Positions 16,404-18,919 of a stretch of 18,919 nt of DNA are shown piece after piece. The notes under the pieces are model-generated. The model made no database searches and was not told the origin of the DNA. It saw only the letters and a list, made by a program, of their open reading frames with translations. This stretch comes from an uncultured Fibrobacterales bacterium (GTDB lineage: Bacteria > Fibrobacterota > Fibrobacteria > Fibrobacterales > CAWVXU01). Positions within the stretch are counted from its first letter, which is position 1. Every line of letters starts with the position of its first letter. A program made the translations under genes and the position numbers. The stretch covers positions 1 to 18,919 of the forward strand of contig CAWVXU010000054.1 of NCBI GenBank assembly GCA_963934255.1. Direction: 5' to 3'.

Positions 16404-16616
16404 TTTGGCTTTACTCATATCACTAAATATCAGATCCACTTTTTGATAAAACTCTTCAGATAGAAATTCAGGAATCTCTTCCTTGGTGATTTCAGATTCA
16501 CCTAGTTTATAGGTCTGAATCATCGGGCCATCTTCAATTTGGATAATCCATTTATTGTTCCAAGCAAAGAGTGTCACTTTAAAATGAGGGTGCGGGTATT
16601 CTCCAATAATTTTCAC
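16392..16616 (-). CDS. Small hypothetical protein (74 aa)
   Basis: The GTG start overlaps the upstream TAG (TAGTG). The sequence looks globular (PHPHFKVTLFAWNNKWIIQIEDGPMIQTYKL). The stop falls in the terminator loop. Confidence 0.65.
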   Translation of the reverse strand: MKIIGEYPHPHFKVTLFAWNNKWIIQIEDGPMIQTYKLGESEITKEEIPEFLSEEFYQKVDLIFSDMSKAKALW

Positions 16617-16945
16617 TATTTATCCTCAGGTTGATGGAGTGTTGATTTGTCCTGTAAGATAACAGTGCAATGAGGGCATTTGTGTAGCTGAGGATTAATT
16701 CGGCCTAAATATTTGGAACAAGCAGGGCAGCGCCAGTTAAAATAATGAAAAATTATGATACTTGGTATAATAACTAGGCAACCAAAAAATATAGGATGCT
16801 TAGGGATGCCAAATATCTCTTGACTCGAGCTGAGTCCGATGTACATAAATAGACCCAGTGCAAGGACTGCTGGTAAACGAAGAGACTTTTGAATCTCTAG
16901 AGTTTTTAAAAATTTATCAAGAATGACTATATCTGGTTTGGCCAT
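16616..16945 (-). CDS. Small two-TM membrane protein with C-terminal zinc ribbon
   Basis: Two hydrophobic segments followed by WRCPAC...KCPHC (CxxC-x13-CxxC). AAGG lies upstream of the ATG. Confidence 0.7.
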   Translation of the reverse strand: MAKPDIVILDKFLKTLEIQKSLRLPAVLALGLFMYIGLSSSQEIFGIPKHPIFFGCLVIIPSIIIFHYFNWRCPACSKYLGRINPQLHKCPHCTVILQDKSTLHQPEDK

Positions 16946-16963
16946 CGGGTACCTTTATGTGGG

Positions 16964-18100
16964 TTAAATCTTAATGAAAATTTTCTTTTTATAAAGAGGA
17001 ATGAGTATCAACCAAAATCCTACGACATGAATGATGGCAAACATAAAACTTCCGAAATAATCACCAAAAGTAGGCTGAAAAATACTGTTCCATAAGCCTA
17101 AATAGGCTAAAGTCCATTCACCGTTGGGGTTGGGGAATTTTATAAATGTCCACATTGCTCCGGCCCAAAATTCTGCTAAACAATAGACAAAAAGTGCATT
17201 TGAACCATAGACGACAAATGGCCCCGTCCATGATTTCCAACCCTTGAAATCAATCATCCAAGTCAGAAGGAAAAGAATAAGCATCCCAATTCCACCCGTG
17301 ACCAACACATATGATGGGGTCCAAAGTGCTTTGTTGATGGGAAGCATACCATGCCAAGCAATCCCCAATAGTGTTAAAATAGTCCCGATGGCTGCAATTT
17401 CAGCCATTTTAGACTCTAAAGATTTTGGTGATTTGACAAGAAAACCAGCCCAGAGACCGATGAGTATCGTGACAACAGAAGGCATTGTGCTTAACAAACC
17501 TTCGGGGTCAAAGGCGACTTTACCTGCCTCAGTTTGTATGGCCCAAATGTGGCTCTCACCGAATACAGCGATGTCAACTGCTCGAACAATACTATCCTGA
17601 GCACTCAAGCTATCAGATCCAAACTCTAGAATACCCCAATAAGCGAGCAAGGTTACCCAGGAGATGTGAAATATTACTTTGGGAGAAAACTTGATCGCTA
17701 AAGTGGCTGCGATGCCATAGGCTAGCCCAATGCGTTGTAGTACTCCAGGGATCCTTGAAGTACTCCAGGTCCAATCTCCGAGTTGTGCAATCATACCAGG
17801 CAAGGCATGGATAAACCATCCGATAAAGATGAGGAGGAAAGCTCGTTTCCAAATTTTAAAGAGCGAAGTTCTAAAGTCTTGAGTTTGCATCTTTTTGAGC
17901 CCAAAAACCATGGAGGTACCGACCATAAACATAAAAAATGGAAAAATAACGTCGGTCGGAGTCAGTCCGTCCCATTTGGCATGAGAGAGAGGAGCATATA
18001 AAAAGTCCCAGCTGCCAGGCATGTTCACTAAAATCATTGCCGCGATGGTCATGCCACGCATCACATCAAGACTCAAGAGTCTTTTGTTGGAATCATTCAT
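16964..18100 (-). CDS. Heparan-alpha-glucosaminide N-acetyltransferase-like membrane acyltransferase (NagX/DUF1624/DUF5009-like)
   Basis: RLLSLDVMRG, MILVNMPG, LSHAKWDGLTPTDVIFPFFMFMVG, RIPGVLQRI, FDPEGLLST, PINKALWTPSYV, GSNALFVY and LYKKKIFIKI motifs. AGGAG RBS. Confidence 0.9.
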   Translation of the reverse strand: MNDSNKRLLSLDVMRGMTIAAMILVNMPGSWDFLYAPLSHAKWDGLTPTDVIFPFFMFMVGTSMVFGLKKMQTQDFRTSLFKIWKRAFLLIFIGWFIHALPGMIAQLGDWTWSTSRIPGVLQRIGLAYGIAATLAIKFSPKVIFHISWVTLLAYWGILEFGSDSLSAQDSIVRAVDIAVFGESHIWAIQTEAGKVAFDPEGLLSTMPSVVTILIGLWAGFLVKSPKSLESKMAEIAAIGTILTLLGIAWHGMLPINKALWTPSYVLVTGGIGMLILFLLTWMIDFKGWKSWTGPFVVYGSNALFVYCLAEFWAGAMWTFIKFPNPNGEWTLAYLGLWNSIFQPTFGDYFGSFMFAIIHVVGFWLILIPLYKKKIFIKI

Positions 18101-18242
18101 CGTATTTCTCTCCTAGGGTCTGAAAAATAAGCTTTTTTGATGTTCTTGTAGTCCGATTTCTTAAAAGTGAATTAATCTCATCAATTTTAGCTCTGAAGAT
18201 TTTAATTTATCGTCGGAACAAACTTTATTGAATGGATTTATT

Positions 18243-18919
18243 TTGAAAAAACCAATACTTTCCCTTTCTGTCTTGAGCTTTCTTGGCTTTTTAATCATTG
18301 TTCTATTAACTGCGTGTGCTCCAAGTCCCAAAATGCTTCAAATCGAAGCTGAAGCCAAAATCGTCGAAGAAGCAAATGATGTGGCTAGTGAGTTTCTTTC
18401 AGCTTTTGTTGCAGAAGATTACCAAAAAGCAGCAGCTCTTTATGCGCCCGAGTCTCTAACAGAATTTCGTCAGTTGATGACAGCGCTTGATATGTTGAAG
18501 CCGGAGATTCGAGATGATATTTATGCGCAATTTTTTGGATCGGAAGTTTCAGCCGATAGTGTGGCTAAACTCTCGGATGCCAAATACTTTGGCTCGTTTA
18601 TCAAAGCTGTGATGGGCCGAGCAAAGGAAATGTCTGGAATGAACATTGATTCTATTCAAGTACTTGGGGGAGTGCCTTCTGGCGATACTTTAGTTTATGT
18701 TTTGACAAAGAGCTTTGTCAGTGCTGCGGGAGCTCAATCAGATGCGATTGAAGTCCAAACCTTGGTGAAAACTCCGCAAGGATTTAGGACGGTTGTATCT
18801 GAAGAAATGAAGCAAATTGCGATGACATTTGAAAGTATGTTAAATCAGCAAGAAATGATGGAGCAAATGAATCAACAAAAAATGAATGAAGAAATGAAAA
18901 GTGACGCAGTTCAAAGTGA
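18243..18919 (+). CDS. Hypothetical lipoprotein, 3'-truncated by the window edge (absent from the ORF track)
   Basis: An open frame runs from TTG 18243 to the window end: MKKPILSLSVLSFLGFLIIVLLTA-CAPSPK...ASEFLSAFVAEDYQKAAALYAPESL...IQVLGGV...VYVLTK... Lipobox LTA-C. Confidence 0.8.
   Translation, partial: MKKPILSLSVLSFLGFLIIVLLTACAPSPKMLQIEAEAKIVEEANDVASEFLSAFVAEDYQKAAALYAPESLTEFRQLMTALDMLKPEIRDDIYAQFFGSEVSADSVAKLSDAKYFGSFIKAVMGRAKEMSGMNIDSIQVLGGVPSGDTLVYVLTKSFVSAAGAQSDAIEVQTLVKTPQGFRTVVSEEMKQIAMTFESMLNQQEMMEQMNQQKMNEEMKSDAVQS

Noticed and set aside
597..18001. Short nested or antisense ORFs in the track (e.g. 597..809, 6079..6264, 8310..8633, 11463..11966, 12320..12511, 17244..17600)
   Set aside because: They overlap well-supported genes on the opposite strand or in another frame and carry no recognisable motifs, so they are treated as shadow ORFs.

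Overview
AT-rich, densely coding bacterial chromosomal window made up mostly of housekeeping genes. The sodium-cycle genes suggest a marine or saline organism. In order: 5'-truncated M32 carboxypeptidase, secreted rhodanese-like protein, small hypothetical gene, Tas-like aldo-keto reductase, SO_0444/ArsP-like metal permease fused to an HMA domain, a standalone cNMP-binding protein, a complete minus-strand nqrABCDEF operon, murB, a short DnaG-like CHC2+TOPRIM protein convergent with xerD, a YrbG-like Na+/Ca2+ exchanger, two small hypothetical genes, a NagX/HGSNAT-like membrane acyltransferase and a 3'-truncated lipoprotein. The main signals missed by the ORF track are: (1) a heavily decayed, internally deleted SLC13/DASS transporter pseudogene filling the 830-bp 'empty' gap behind the cNMP gene; (2) a perfect 3x9-bp TGTGA repeat and an 11-bp-phased TGATT array flanking the nqr operon; (3) a tandemly duplicated terminator; and (4) probable leaderless promoters for murB, the primase-like gene and xerD. 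I found no CRISPR array, rRNA, tRNA or clear mobile element. All family calls come from motif recognition by eye, without database searches. No new system is demonstrated; the best leads are the primase-like/xerD pair and the cNMP/DASS module.
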